A stretch of 64,000 bases of DNA from Botryllus schlosseri (Eukaryota). The notes under the pieces were generated by a model that was not told the origin of the DNA, made no database searches, and saw only the letters and a program-made list of their open reading frames with translations. How positions within the stretch are numbered: position 1 is the stretch's first letter; every line of letters begins with the position of its first letter. The stretch spans positions 8,434,001 through 8,498,000 of the forward strand of contig CM119371.1 of the NCBI GenBank assembly GCA_051294905.1, in the 5' to 3' direction. The position numbers and the translations under genes were made by a program. Shown here in pieces: positions 13,571 to 26,500 of the stretch.

Positions 13571-14949
13571 AGTTATCAAACATGTCCGTCTGGCGAAGCT
13601 GTTGGCTAACAGCTCGAAGGAATGGAAAGATTTGGTTTATCGTATGACGACGTGGAAACACGTACAATGCACGTGTGAATCAATCCTTCACTAACTAAGG
13701 ATGGTGTGAACCTCTGAAAGGTTCAGGTTCGTGTGAACGCGAACGTGATCTTCATGACGTCACGTTACGTCATATTACTAATTCCAACCAACATTTCAGT
13801 GAAGTGATAGCCTATATTAATGTACAGATTGTACTCGATACCTATAGCGACGACTCGGCGGGCGATATAATGCCGCAATGCTGAAGTACATATTGGCGTT
13901 TTGAACGTCGCCAAATGTATCAACTGGGGAAATCAAATAATGTAATAGTCCCATAGAATCAATATCTTCCGTCGCTTTGCCAACAATTTCACGAGGAGTT
14001 GCATGGGAGTTTAATCTTACGCCTTAACGGTCCACGCCAGACCGGACTATGTATTCGGCGTCTGAGTATTGCTACGTTGATATTGAGCAGAGAGTATAAA
14101 GCGGTTTCTATACTCGCCACCGATTTTACCCCGCCAAGTAGGCCTAATACAGTAGTAGCCGACACCCCAATCGCACGGATTTGGTTTTTATGATACAAAC
14201 ACATATTACATCAACATTGACCACGTACGCCTGCTAGGTTTTTAACGTCAGACAGCGATAAAAATTCCATTGAGTGATTGAATAGACATCATACGCTGAC
14301 TACATGTCCTACATTCTCAACGAAAGATGTTATAATTAAGGTAAAATTGTTAAATATGAAAAAGGTTTACAGTGCAGAACCTAACAAGGTTCGTTTGTGA
14401 ACGCGAACCTCTAAATTTCTGAGGTTGACACACAGAACGCGAACGTGAACCTCACGTTCACACGATCCCTCGTATCAACCTCTATCTGCTGTCAAAGGAC
14501 GAAACAAAAACGAGTCAGGAAATAGAGGACAATCTATTGACTCAAGTACCGCCCATGATATTCATCTGGTCAATTTTGTTTTCGCTACATGTCCCGTACG
14601 AATAGTATCTCGAGGTCAAAGGCATTCAAGCATCTTTCAAAGAGAGGTACCTCGTTCTCGTGGCCGGACAAGGAGTGTTCGTTACGAGCATGGCTGTTTT
14701 CGTTCATTTCACAGTGGTCTTTAAATTCCAGGGAGCTATATTTCATTGCGCTATGTGGTTGTTTCGCTATATTTTCCTGGAATGCTGGATGGGCGAAGAT
14801 TGTGATAATTTTTTATGCAGGTTTAAATCGAGGAATGGTGGGTTTACAGTGGCGACTTATTTCATCATTATGCTTTTTTGCCGTGAAAATGTTGCATCAC
14901 AGTTGTACTAAGATTAGATGTTTTCTTCCTCCATCAACTGGTGGTTGTT
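13571..14949 (+). pseudogene. Degenerate duplicate of the XK-related gene, split by an insertion
   Basis: 13571-13692 matches ~7850-7972 and 14471-14949 matches ~7977-8445 at DNA level, with frameshifting indels. Confidence 0.9.
13696..14470. mobile_element. MITE with GTGAAC/GTTCAC subterminal repeats inserted in the XKR pseudogene
   Basis: Imperfect TIR AGGATGGTGTGAAC / GTTCACACGATCCCT, and the XKR homology resumes directly after it. An inverted copy of its right end starts at ~14949. Confidence 0.75.
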
Positions 14950-16434
14950 AGGAACGGTGTGAACGTGAGGTTCACGTTTGCGTTCTGTGTATGAACCCAA
15001 TAAATTTAGAGGTTCACGTTCACAAACGAACCTTGGTAGGTTCTGCACTGTGAACCTTTTTCAAATATTACAATTTTGACTTTATTACAACATCTTTGGT
15101 TGGAATTTATTGAATTTTAACTGCGGGCCACTCTTTGCAAGCATATAAAAATAACACTAAACGATCATGCACCTTGACAATCTAAAACCTATAACTTGCT
15201 TTGTTACAAAGGTTTTCTCGAATATTAAGCGAGCTCGACCGGCAATCACACAACATCAAGACTTATCACCATGTTGTTGGCTCAGCAGGTATTTGCACAT
15301 TTATCAGATAAAGGACATGGGACGCATATGATTATTGTAGTAAAGCTTTTCACGGACAAATTTGATAGCTTTATACTCCTCTTTTATCTTGGTAGAATGA
15401 CCAAGCAGTACAGGAAGAATACATTTCCGTTGTTCGAGAAGTATATTGTTTAGGCTTGGAAAACTACTCTTTTGACAAACAAGATCTCGCATCAAGTCAT
15501 TTTTATACTGATTGAATAAGTGAGGACGACATGAGGTTTATTTTCAGACAATTATCAGATGGTGCACAGTATACACGCAAAGTCTACTATTTACTTTCTA
15601 CCATGTGAAATATTAAGAGGTCAATAAAGAAATTTGTTTTTATGGGTATACGTATCTCCTAAATTAGAGTAAATATAACAAAACCAGTATGATATTCATA
15701 ATCGCCAACCTTGAATACCCTCGAAAGACTCCTAGATGTTTTGACAATTTGTTTTCTTCTTTTTGTTGAACAGTGTAAAGATCGCATTAAACGCACGACA
15801 GTTCCACATACGGGTTGCTTTTTCTGCAGGGGCGAGCAACAAACGGTCCGCGACGGGATTTTGAGCGGCCCGCAGAGAGTTTCCCGGCTTACATGATAAT
15901 GTCGCCAACCTCCACAGTCTGATGCTGCAATCCCTCACTACTGGCTTATCAAATCACATGAAATTATAGTGACTTCTTCCAAGTTATTTCGTAGTTCTTT
16001 GTTTTCGTTGTGGTATGCGTTTATGCGTCACTGAATGAATCCGTGATTGCCTAGCTGACAACGATTGTCATGAAAGACTTGTTCTCCTTCGGTCTTCATA
16101 CATTTGCGAGAAAACATATTGGACCATCAACATGAATAAAATAACGCTGCTTTTCAATATAACTGATTTTTACGGCTTTCTACGTCCGTTTAAAGAACTT
16201 GTGGACAACTTTTATCGACAACAGATGTCTCCTTAGACGTCAAGAGCTGATGAAGTAGGCCGACATTACGTTAATAAATTCATTGAATACTATTTTTGAT
16301 CTCAATGCTTTAAACCTAAAATTTACATTGCATGCCATAAGACCCTTGTATACGTTCTAGATTAGCAATTAATGTATCTATTCAGTAATCCGGCCCGCTA
16401 TTGCAAAGTATCTCGATATCAAACGATTCAACAT

Positions 16435-16741
16435 TAGTGTTACCATACGTCCTCTTGAGGATTTGTCCTATTTTTTGACTTTTTGGAAAGCGTCCTTTTT
16501 TGAGATTCTGTCGTCTTGTTTGAGAATTTTGGTCAAATTTACGGCCAAAATCGACCATAAATCAGCACTGAAGTTACGCTCAGGCGGGTAATTCCGGAGC
16601 TGAGCCGGAGATGACATTTTTTAGTCAACTGACCGCGAAGTGTGAAGATTACCATCATTCCAGGATTTTCCACCGGTTTTGCATGTCTAATAATTCTGAA
16701 AAAGTGTCCTCTTTTCAGATTTCCAAAATATGGTAACCCTA
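16435..16741. mobile_element. hAT (Blackjack-like) MITE
   Basis: Ends TAGTGTTACCATA / TATGGTAACCCTA; 8-bp TSD TTCAACAT / CTCAACAT (7/8). Confidence 0.75.
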
Positions 16742-16769
16742 CTCAACATATACTGTATCACTGTTCAAA

Positions 16770-17680
16770 CATTAGGTAATCGCAATTAGTAATCGTAATC
16801 GATTACGACGATTACAGCATTTTGAAGTAATCGTAATCGCAATCGATTACATTCGAAAAAAATCCGAAGTAATCGTAATCGACTACTTTCCATATATAAT
16901 CGATTTCTTTGTGGAAGAACGATTACTTTTTGTTTGGACAAGGACAATGACATAAACTGAATATTCGTAAACAAGAATGAGATAAGATACCACGTTAGCG
17001 ATAGCACAAACGCCTGATTTTCAAACGCCCCTACATATTATTAGGTGAGAAGTATTAGCTCCGCTCGTCATTGCGTAAAAAGTATCCACACATAGTAAAC
17101 AGACATGCGATGGACATTGTAGTGTGATTGTAAGGACACCCCCGTGGTGTATATCAGGTTATCAATACACTACAGACGACCCTATACCTCGCCGCATAAT
17201 ATTGATCACCACTTTGCCTATAGTTAATTCTCGAAAATACTCTATAATTTATGTGGGTTTACGAAATATTTTTGAGTCCCCTTCGAGCACACTCCCCACC
17301 CTATTGGGGAGTTTGTGGTGCGACAGGTAAAGACCTGGTAATAATGCAAATCGCTGGGTGCGATAAATCATCCCCTTCAAAGTTAGGCAAGTGGTACATC
17401 ATGGCGTAATAAGCAAATGACGCACGACGTATGAATAAAGTTGAGCCTCATTAAGCCTTTTCATCGCAATCCTTGTATTGCCTTCCAATATGTTATTTAA
17501 TATTATGGTCCTAAGAAGCAAAACAAATGTAATCGTGAGTTATCGTGATTACTTTTCCAATGTAGTCGTAATCGACTACTGCCTTGCCTGATTTTGCGGT
17601 AATCGTAATCGCAATCGCTTGATTCTGAAGTAATTGTAATCGCAATCGATTACATTCATGAAGTAATCACCCCATGTCTG
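16770..17680. mobile_element. Probable MITE with (GTAATC)n / GATTAC subterminal arrays
   Basis: Dense GTAATC-GATTAC repeats at ~16775-16930 and ~17529-17670; exact ends not resolved. Confidence 0.55.
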
Positions 17681-20600
17681 TTACTGTGTAGCACGCAGAT
17701 ATTGAGTTAAGATAGTACAGTAATTCTTCAAATACAGTGTTGATCCAAACAGAGGTAGCTGAAACTGTATTTTCTCTTGATAATAGTACATGATAAAACT
17801 GTAGTGGGAGAAAAAGGCTTTTAAACGGGCAGAAAAATATTTATGAAAAGCTAATAACGCGGTCAAAGTATATGCCAACAAAACAACTGGTGGATGGGTC
17901 TGTGGGTTTGCGCTGGTATGGTGTTAGCTGGAAGAAGGCATAAAAGTTGGACGCTATTGTATCGAAGCTAAAGCCACCACGAAGCTGGCACCGCTTTGTG
18001 AGTTTAATGTCTATTGTTTCTGCGTGGATCGTCATTGTTTTACAATAATCTATCATCCGGTGTTAAACGAGCAAAGTACTAATGACCGTGCTCAACGTTA
18101 GGATCGTTAGGAATTGAGAATCCGTGTCCGAATTAGGCTGAGAATCCTCCCAATGAACGAAGGGATTTATGTCCAATATTTACTGTTGTTCCATTCCCGA
18201 GGATTTCAGCAGAATAAATTGGTTCTCCGGAGTATCGGAGTTAAGAGAATTCGACTGAATTTGAATTTTCGGAATCAGTGCGACAATAGCATTCGATGAT
18301 GTAACTGCTCTATCAACGGAGAGGCGTGGCTCCTCTGTGTTACACATCCCCTTTCGCCGTATGCCTATATTACAGCAATACCGAAATCGCCGAAATGCCC
18401 CCAATACTTTTGCATTCTATTTATTCTATTCATGTAGTCCAGGGGGGGGGGGCAAGGGGCCAATTTGAGATATACGAATCATTGCGCGGGACGCGTGATT
18501 GTTGATGACCTTTTTTCGTCGTTGGATGACAAAAAAAAAACGGATTGAGTAACGTCGAAAACAAGTCTTTATGCGTCAAAATCGATAACAATGATATCAT
18601 GAAAAGTCACTTTACATTCAATTCATGTCTTCACTGTGACAAGTTATTGACTTAACTCGGTCAATAACAATGTCACTTGTATATATTGTGGGGCGCCTCT
18701 GTATACTGATGGACTCATTTAAAAGGACAGGATTCTTCGGCAATTGGTAATATAAATATCGAATATGCGTTTATCAGTTTGTTCGAAACATTATACGTTA
18801 TGGTCATAAGCGAACATCTACAGAAAATTCCACTTGCCCCTGTCTACGCCTATGCACCAGACGTGATATTTTAGTAGTCACAAAGACTATTTTGCGGGAT
18901 ATATACTGTATAATGGTCAAAGTATTCGTTGCGGCTGCAGCACCACGACGTGTCGGTTGTTTCGTTCCTGCAATCTCAACATATGTTTTACACTTTTCTA
19001 AGATTTATTGTTTACTCGTTCATAAATATACCTAAACTGAAATGGGAAATCGAAATATATTTCATTTTGCGTAATAATGGGGGCAAACGCAATTACAGCA
19101 TGAGGTGGCATATTCGATTGAAGAGGGCATCCTTAACATATTCATTGGGGTGGCAACCGCCAATGCTGCTGTCAATCTATTTATGAAGCTACCTCGAACA
19201 TTCGACATACCGATCTACCTCGCCTTCAAAATGGAGAACTTTGAGAGCCTGCAAAATTGGGTTATTTATAGCAATAGCATTGGGATATTTCCGTATTACG
19301 GCCACGCGATAAAAGTGACATTCCAGGTAAAAAAAATCACTCCATCTGTTCTTCTAACGCGACTCATGCCACGACATACAGTGTGCTTTCATTATCTTTT
19401 GTTGTTTCCAACTATTCCATATACGCTATCGTTGTATAACAATTGACTCTATATGTCAATAATGATCACGGTATAGCCTACTCCTAGCATTTACTATGTG
19501 GAACATAGCGATTCTGGAACATCTGAATTCGTTAACTACCCGTTGAACAAGTTTGATTACTGTCTGTTCTAGAGTGACGGAAGCTAAAAGGTGACGCAGA
19601 AAATACTGTACCACAAGACGGAACGGTCAAGCTTTTGGGCTGTGTCATATGAGTCGGAACCGAGGAAAGCCTTGCTCGCTATTCTCGGTGACGAGAAGAA
19701 ACTATTTCAGATGCGAAACACGACTCGTCAGAGGAGTATGACACATTTTCACATTATACAGCATAAACATGTGATCTTCTTGTATGGGTGCTCAAGAGAA
19801 TCATTGGTTTTAGTAGGCGTAATATACTTTTGTCCGTGAAGTTTTGTATACTGCAGTAAGAATATTCCTGAAAAGAATCGTCATTATTGATGTATGCATG
19901 AAATGACTTTTGAAACGTTTGGAATATTCGTAAATCTCACTTCGCTCCGACGATCATGTTTTATGATACGACGGTATGCTGAATGTATTTTGTTAATTTA
20001 TATCTCGTGGGTGACCTGAATAAATTGAGCATCATTTTAAGTAACATTCGAATTTTAGATGCTGCTGTTCGTTGGATATTCGAAGACAACGACCAACTGC
20101 AAGGTTTTGTCCCGACACGATTCTTTGACTGATCGGTCAATAACGCGAATTAATGTCGGAACCTTGCCATATGTACGCAAGCCTGCCAAATGTGAACTAG
20201 CAATCAGCAGCTCTATATAAGAAAACGGCAATCAAAATGTCACATGACCCGATAGTTTCCAAGGCAAGTGCAATTGTATCGCATAGGTTCCACGCGCATA
20301 AGTTATAAATTACCCAGCGGGCATTCGCATTGAGTGATTCAACTCATAGAGAAGACCCTGACTGCAGAACGCAAACGACCAATGAAGGAAGAGGGGGGCG
20401 AGCTCGTAGGGGCCCAAAATTATTTCGTGAATGAACATAAATTATAGAGAAAGATTTTGAAAATTTATGCAGTTTTTGAAAATTTTGTTTACGCTGTGCG
20501 CGATTAAAAGTTGCCAAATATTTTGATTATTTGTTACTCTTCCCCCAAGAAAAAGTAAGCACGATTTATAGAAATTGGCATCTCGGCGTCGGGCATTACC

Positions 20601-20759
20601 ACATCAAGATATATGAAGTTTTAGGCTACGTAACATTTCCACAATCAAGCTCAAATTTTGTTTGTTGCCATGCAGGCCTGTGTTGTAATTAAACTGTTAC
20701 GTGATTTGTTTCAAAGTCATAATTCGTAAAGTAATGCAACCAATACACTTTCACGATGT

Positions 20760-21030
20760 TTGTTTCTTTGTTTAATATTCAAGGATTTTCGAATACAGTG
20801 GTCATTTTACACTAGGCCGATATTCTTTATGTTTGATTCCGAATTCACCGACTTGTAGCACGCCCACTTCTTGGTATTTTGCAGGACACTGCTTACTTCG
20901 ATCACGTGGCGAGGATGATCCTAAACATCCAACATTTATGTAGGAATTCTGTAGTCGACCTCGGTCGAACTCGAACCCGCAACCCATTTGTGTTGCAACT
21001 GCGTGAATCATACCAGTACGCTACCTAGCA
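20760..21030 (-). mobile_element. Putative tRNA-derived SINE
   Basis: Minus strand shows A-box-like TAGCGTACTGG and B-box GGTTCGAGTTC. Its 3' segment GGCCTAGTGTAAAATGACCAC is shared with repeats at ~5840-5990 and ~38435-38590. Confidence 0.5.
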
Positions 21031-22698
21031 ATGAAAAATGCGTCTGGAGGTCGCAATTTCACCAAGATTTCAGGCACTAAGTATTTGTTTACTAAAGTCA
21101 GCCGTGAACCAATATTTCAAGTCTATGGTGAGCCCTGAATCTGTGTATCGGCATTATGAGAAAATCCATGCAGTTAATACATAACATCGGCTATTGTGGA
21201 CCTGCTAGCGAGTCTAGCAAAACAGGACATAGGGACATAGCCTGATATTAATCCGCCCCCTTAGCAACATGTGTTAACAATGTCATTCAATGCTTTCAAA
21301 TGAGATATAACGCTTATAGAAGCAGAACATATAGTCAAAACTTTTGTCTCGGCCCGCCAACGAATTTTCTGCTTCAAATATGGCCCGCCGGAAAAAATAA
21401 TTGCCCACCTCAGCTTTACATAATGACGTATGCCACTCATGGTAATTGAAGTTGGCTCGCTATATAGTAGCAGGATTTTCGCTGATACAAACTCAATGTC
21501 TGCTACGTCGCTTGCCACGTTATACATTTACAGGAATCTGTTGGGTTTCATCAGTGAGGGGCGGAACGACAAATTCTCTGGTCCTACTCCGACCCCATTT
21601 CTTTAATTCTCTGGTCCGATCCCGATCCAAATTCCAGGCAGAATTCTTGAGATGACCGAGATCCGTTACGAAAAACCCCAATAGTCCCCATCTGCGAATA
21701 CCTATCGATAGTAAACTACAACAACGGTGGATCATACGGTACGGGTTCAGGTTATATATTGAATATTGAAAGAAATGAAACATGATGATGAAAACTCACA
21801 GGTTTGTATTGAACGCGGGTTTATAGTGGCGGTTACTGCCGTGTGGTTGATAGTTACTGAAGTCAGGCTCATCAAGACCGTCAAGAGTGATGGTGACCGT
21901 ATCAGAAAAGTACGATTATGGTTCCGATCTGACCGAATTCAAAAAAATATGAATTCGGCTCCGTTCCGATTCCGGCCAAAAATTTGAAAAAATTCCAGCA
22001 GGATATCCAGTTCGGTTCAGGTCCACGCCCCTCTCTTGTAGCTTAAGAAACGTAGCTGGTCTTCCGACCTTCATTTTATTCAATTTTAGATTGCTTATGT
22101 GCCATTATGACATGGCGAACTTGACATATTTCTGTTTAGATTATTAACTTTATTGCAGCAAACAACAAGTTCATATTGCCAAATTTATACCTCTCGAAGC
22201 CTTTTGACTGACACTCATTAGGAGCGAACGTCAGTAAATGCGGTTAATGAAACTCGAAATATATAAAGAGTGACAAAACTACATTAATGAAATATTCCCA
22301 GGCTATACGTATGCCCCTTCTGGCGGCAAAGGATGGGCTTTTGCAGCTTTATAATGGTAGATTCAAGCACCCTTAAATAAAAAAGAAAACGACAACGAGC
22401 AAATATGGAAAACTGAGTACTATTATAATGAATGCACACTTGGGGTGCTTCAAAAGGTACTGCCTTTATTGCGTCGTAACAACGCAATTCTTTCAACATT
22501 TCGAAAAGTTTCGAGTGGAATAAATTTAGCGATATGAACGTATTGGTGCTCAGTACTTCTAAAGGCCTATTCTAGATTATTAACTGAATACACGGAGCTA
22601 CATGCAAGATGATCGCGGGATGAGACGATCTCTCGGGGCTAGTTCAGTAGTGCAGTATCCTCGTGACGTCTGCTTTACACGCAGTTGTTCCTTATGGC

Positions 22699-23990
22699 CA
22701 GGCCGTGTTATTTTTTGCAAATGCCAAAACTGCCAAAAATAACTCATTTTTGCCATTATTCGATTTTCATTTTTGGCAGTTTTGGCATCGTCCTCTAAAT
22801 AGATAGTTTCAGCCTCGAATTAGTCGCAAAAACGCTTTATTTGGGCTAGTTTGTCAAAAGACACCACAAAATGTGCAGCATCCACGCATAATCAGTGCCA
22901 ACAAACAATAAGAAGAAGAAAAAACCTAACGATTTCATAGGTTAATAATATCAAACGAAACCGCAAAATGTGCAATATCAATCGGAATCGGTGCCAATAC
23001 GCAATAAAAGCATAACAAACACGCTCAACAGCTGATTGTCACAGCTGTTGCATAGACTTAAATCGTTTGCACTGTAACAGTGCGTACAAAATCAGGTCAG
23101 CTAAGTTTCTCCTAAATTCATTTCTCGCCCAGCGAATCTGGGAAATAGCGGCTTCAACAGTAGCCGTTGAGGGAAAGAACGTTGCCAGTCATCCATAAAA
23201 GGTTTTCAGATCTTCAAAATCTTTGGAGGGCCGAACCGGCTCCCATGCATCATGAAAAGAGATCACTTGGCCAGTGCCATCGATCTCATCGCGGAAGGAA
23301 TTTTCTTCCCGATCCTTTTCCAGGAGTTTCCTGTGTTGTCTCTCAACACATTCTATTTAGTAGCCCGACTATCATTTCTCCTTCAGTCTACCGATATATT
23401 TTCGGAGGACTTTTGTCACTTCAGGTGGCGGTAATATTACCAACTCGCATGGAAGAGTCCTGTAGTCCTGTCTGGCAAAACGAGACTATGCAGCTCAGAA
23501 ATAGCCAGACAGTTTGTTGCGTCACAATGTTCAACTTGATCACAATGCAAAAATCGTGGTTGATTTTGGGGGTTCCAGTTCCATGAGCCGAATATAATTT
23601 ATATTTTAATAATCAGTACTGCAGCAGCTTCTCATTGATTCCCGTTTTATCAAATTTAGCGCTCGACAAGCCTGTCAAAAATGGTCGTAAAATTGCCTTT
23701 GGACAAATGGAAAGTATGACGTAAACCAAATGCAGTCAGCCGTTCAATCTCGCCGTGCCCACACCATTCGGGACACCATGCTTTCATCCCTAATGGGTGG
23801 GCTGGACCCAGATTAAGAAACCTGCCTTTCACAAACGCTCTTCTCGCTTGTAACGCGGTCCTGTTAACACAACACCATGAACGAAATACAATATTTGGCA
23901 GGCCGTGTTATTTTTGGCATATGCCATAAATTGCTTATTTTTGGCATTTTCGGCATCTGGCTCCTGAAATGCCAAAAATAACACGGCCTG
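22699..23990. mobile_element. Non-autonomous hAT-type element
   Basis: TIR CAGGCCGTGTTATTTTT / AAAAATAACACGGCCTG; exact 8-bp TSD CTTATGGC (22691-22698, 23991-23998). Confidence 0.9.
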
Positions 23991-24040
23991 CTTATGGCTA
24001 AATGTCAGACGGATGCGAAGGTTTTGAAATCATGCTAACG

Positions 24041-24826
24041 CAGAGGTGGGCAAACTTTTTAGTTCGCGTGCCGCATTCAACATTTGAATCCATTCGCGGG
24101 CCGCACTATGTAAAATTCGGATACGAAGCCAAAATTCAATATGATTATTTGATTATATATTGATTAAAGACATCAAAATAATATATATGTATTTGTATAA
24201 TTAAAACAAACCAAACATTGATTTGATGATAACATACACACGTAGGAAATATTGACGAGAATTTAGAACCTGGTCATCGTAGTTGATAAAATTACGGGTG
24301 TGTCCCGTTTCTTGTACAATTTGAATGTAAATTTTAGTCTGTAAGCAGCGATCTGTTCATATATATGCTATTGTACTTTTGGTAACTCCAGGACACAATG
24401 CTGACAGCATAATAACCATGTTACCTTTCAATGCTATCCAACACACTCGCGAATCGGTTCTTTCAAGTACAGCACTAAAAGTAAGAAACTTGCTCGTGTT
24501 GCCAATCTAAAATTACACTCGTGATCCAAATTTAGTCATATGCGTTTCAATTTCTGTGATGCTTAGTAATTGAAACCTTTCAAAATGTATGGATCTCGAG
24601 GTCGGGCTATCGCACCATCAATGAAATAAAAGAAACACCATGGTAATAATATAACTTATCATTATCCTATTAAAATATATTAGGAAAAAAGTTCAATCAA
24701 GTAGGCCTATAGCCACATTAATTTGATTGTTAGTACCCATTTTATCAATGTTTTTACGCTTCCTGAATCTTACGAGAACCGCACAAAACGGTGTTATTAT
24801 TGCCGGTTGTCGTTTGCCCACCCCTG
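24041..24826. mobile_element. hAT (Charlie-type) MITE
   Basis: Ends CAGAGGTGGGCAAAC / GTTTGCCCACCCCTG; TSD TGCTAACG / TGCTAACT (7/8). Confidence 0.85.
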
Positions 24827-24899
24827 TGCTAACTGAAGACTGTATTAATCGGGATCATAAGTAGTATATAGGATCGGTCGCGAACTAACGTTTTTTTGC

Positions 24900-25420
24900 A
24901 TGGGTTCTTATGGGCCCGCTCGCACATCGTATTGAAAACTCGTGTTGGCATATCGTACTTTTAGACCCCCCCTATCGCTCGCACATCGTAATGTGTTCTT
25001 ATGGGTGCGCTCGCACATCGTACTTTCAAGTATAGGCTGCGGCGGTGACTCGTATTGAAAACTCGTGTTGGCATATCGTACTTTCGGGTGTAGGCATCTC
25101 TCGCACATCGTACTTTCGCATGTCGTACTTTCGCGTATAGGCTGTGTTGGTGATTCGCTATGTGTTCTTATGGTCGCGTCGGCATATCGTACTTTCGGGT
25201 ATTGGCATCTCTCGCACGTCGTACTTTCGCATGTCGTGCTTTCGCGTATAGGTTGTGTTGGTGATTCGCTATGTGTTCTTATGGGTGCGGTCGTGAATCG
25301 CCCTTTCGGGTATAGGCATCTCTCGCATGTCGTACTTTCGCGTATAGGCTGTGGTGGTGATTCGCCATGTGTTCTTATGGGCGCGGTCGTGATTCGTACT
25401 TTCAGGTATCTCTCGCGTGG
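24900..25420. repeat. Subterminal modular repeat array (left arm)
   Basis: Shuffled modules CGTACTTTCG, TCGCACAT/TCGCATGT, ATGTGTTCTTATGG and GTATAGGCTG. Confidence 0.9.
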
Positions 25421-25863
25421 TGTTGAATATGTACGAGTCGCCAACAATAACCGCGCAAACGGAAACGTGGCTTGCAAGAGGATTAAGCAGTGCGACCTAT
25501 ATTTCGAATGACCTGCGCGCTGAATTATTTCTCGTCCAGCCGCTACTATCGATTATTACACTAGACCGGTCAGTGTGAAATAGTTTGATCGTAAATTATG
25601 ATATATGACGTCGTAGTTTAGTCGTGTCAAATGACCGATCGTGTTCTCTTTCCTCGCTATTGATTGCTACCTGAATAATACTTTCGGCTTATTCGCTGTT
25701 TCGCGCCTACAGAATAGTCTGCTGTTCATAGTCACAGATTCATCGCGATAGCACAATTTTCACACCTCGATCAGTAGAACAACACCACACTAACGCAGTT
25801 GGCGAATCACATAGGTCATACATTTTACGCGAAATATTGTATTGTGGTATACAAATATGCAAA

Positions 25864-26500
25864 CTATTCTTTCAATTCAACAAGTCTAGTTAACGAATCG
25901 ATTTTCAAGCTGCCGACACAGTTTTTAACACGAGTGAGTTGATATTTCTTCCCGGGTACGAGCGAGGCTTTGTTCCATTGATCCAAAACCACCTCACCAG
26001 TATCATCCTTCAATGTAAAACTGTATAATTTCAACTCCTTTCCGGCCCCAGAATTGACCATCTTCTCCTCTCGAGAAACACAAGTAGCGGCGATCGAAAC
26101 GTATTCATCTTTATTCCCGTATACCGATTCGCAGGTCAATAATGGGTATTCTTCAGTCGTATGTCTCGATTTTCCATGCGTGGTTACTGACGAAGCCCGT
26201 CCCAGTAATACAGCAGGTTTTCCAGTAAACTTGTCAATTTGGACCCAACCGGATTTGACCATGAGTTTTTTTTCGTTTGGCGAATGCTTTCTCAATGTTC
26301 CCGAACAATTCACGATTGAAACACGTGAAAGATATCTCTTCGTTATTACCGTCGATGAATATACCTTTGAGATATTGGCTAACGCCACCTCTTTTGGGTG
26401 ATGAGACGAATTTGACGCCGACGTGAAAATTTGAAGTTGCTCCGACTTGCATAGTGTTGACGCTGTTCGATGTCATATCGTTTGATAAAGTGGGAGTCAT
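25864..26500 (-). pseudogene. Tandem OB-fold (RPA1/SSB-like) gene, left-arm copy, with a +1 frameshift
   Basis: Mirror image of 36521-37157; T8 run at 26266-26273. Confidence 0.7.
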
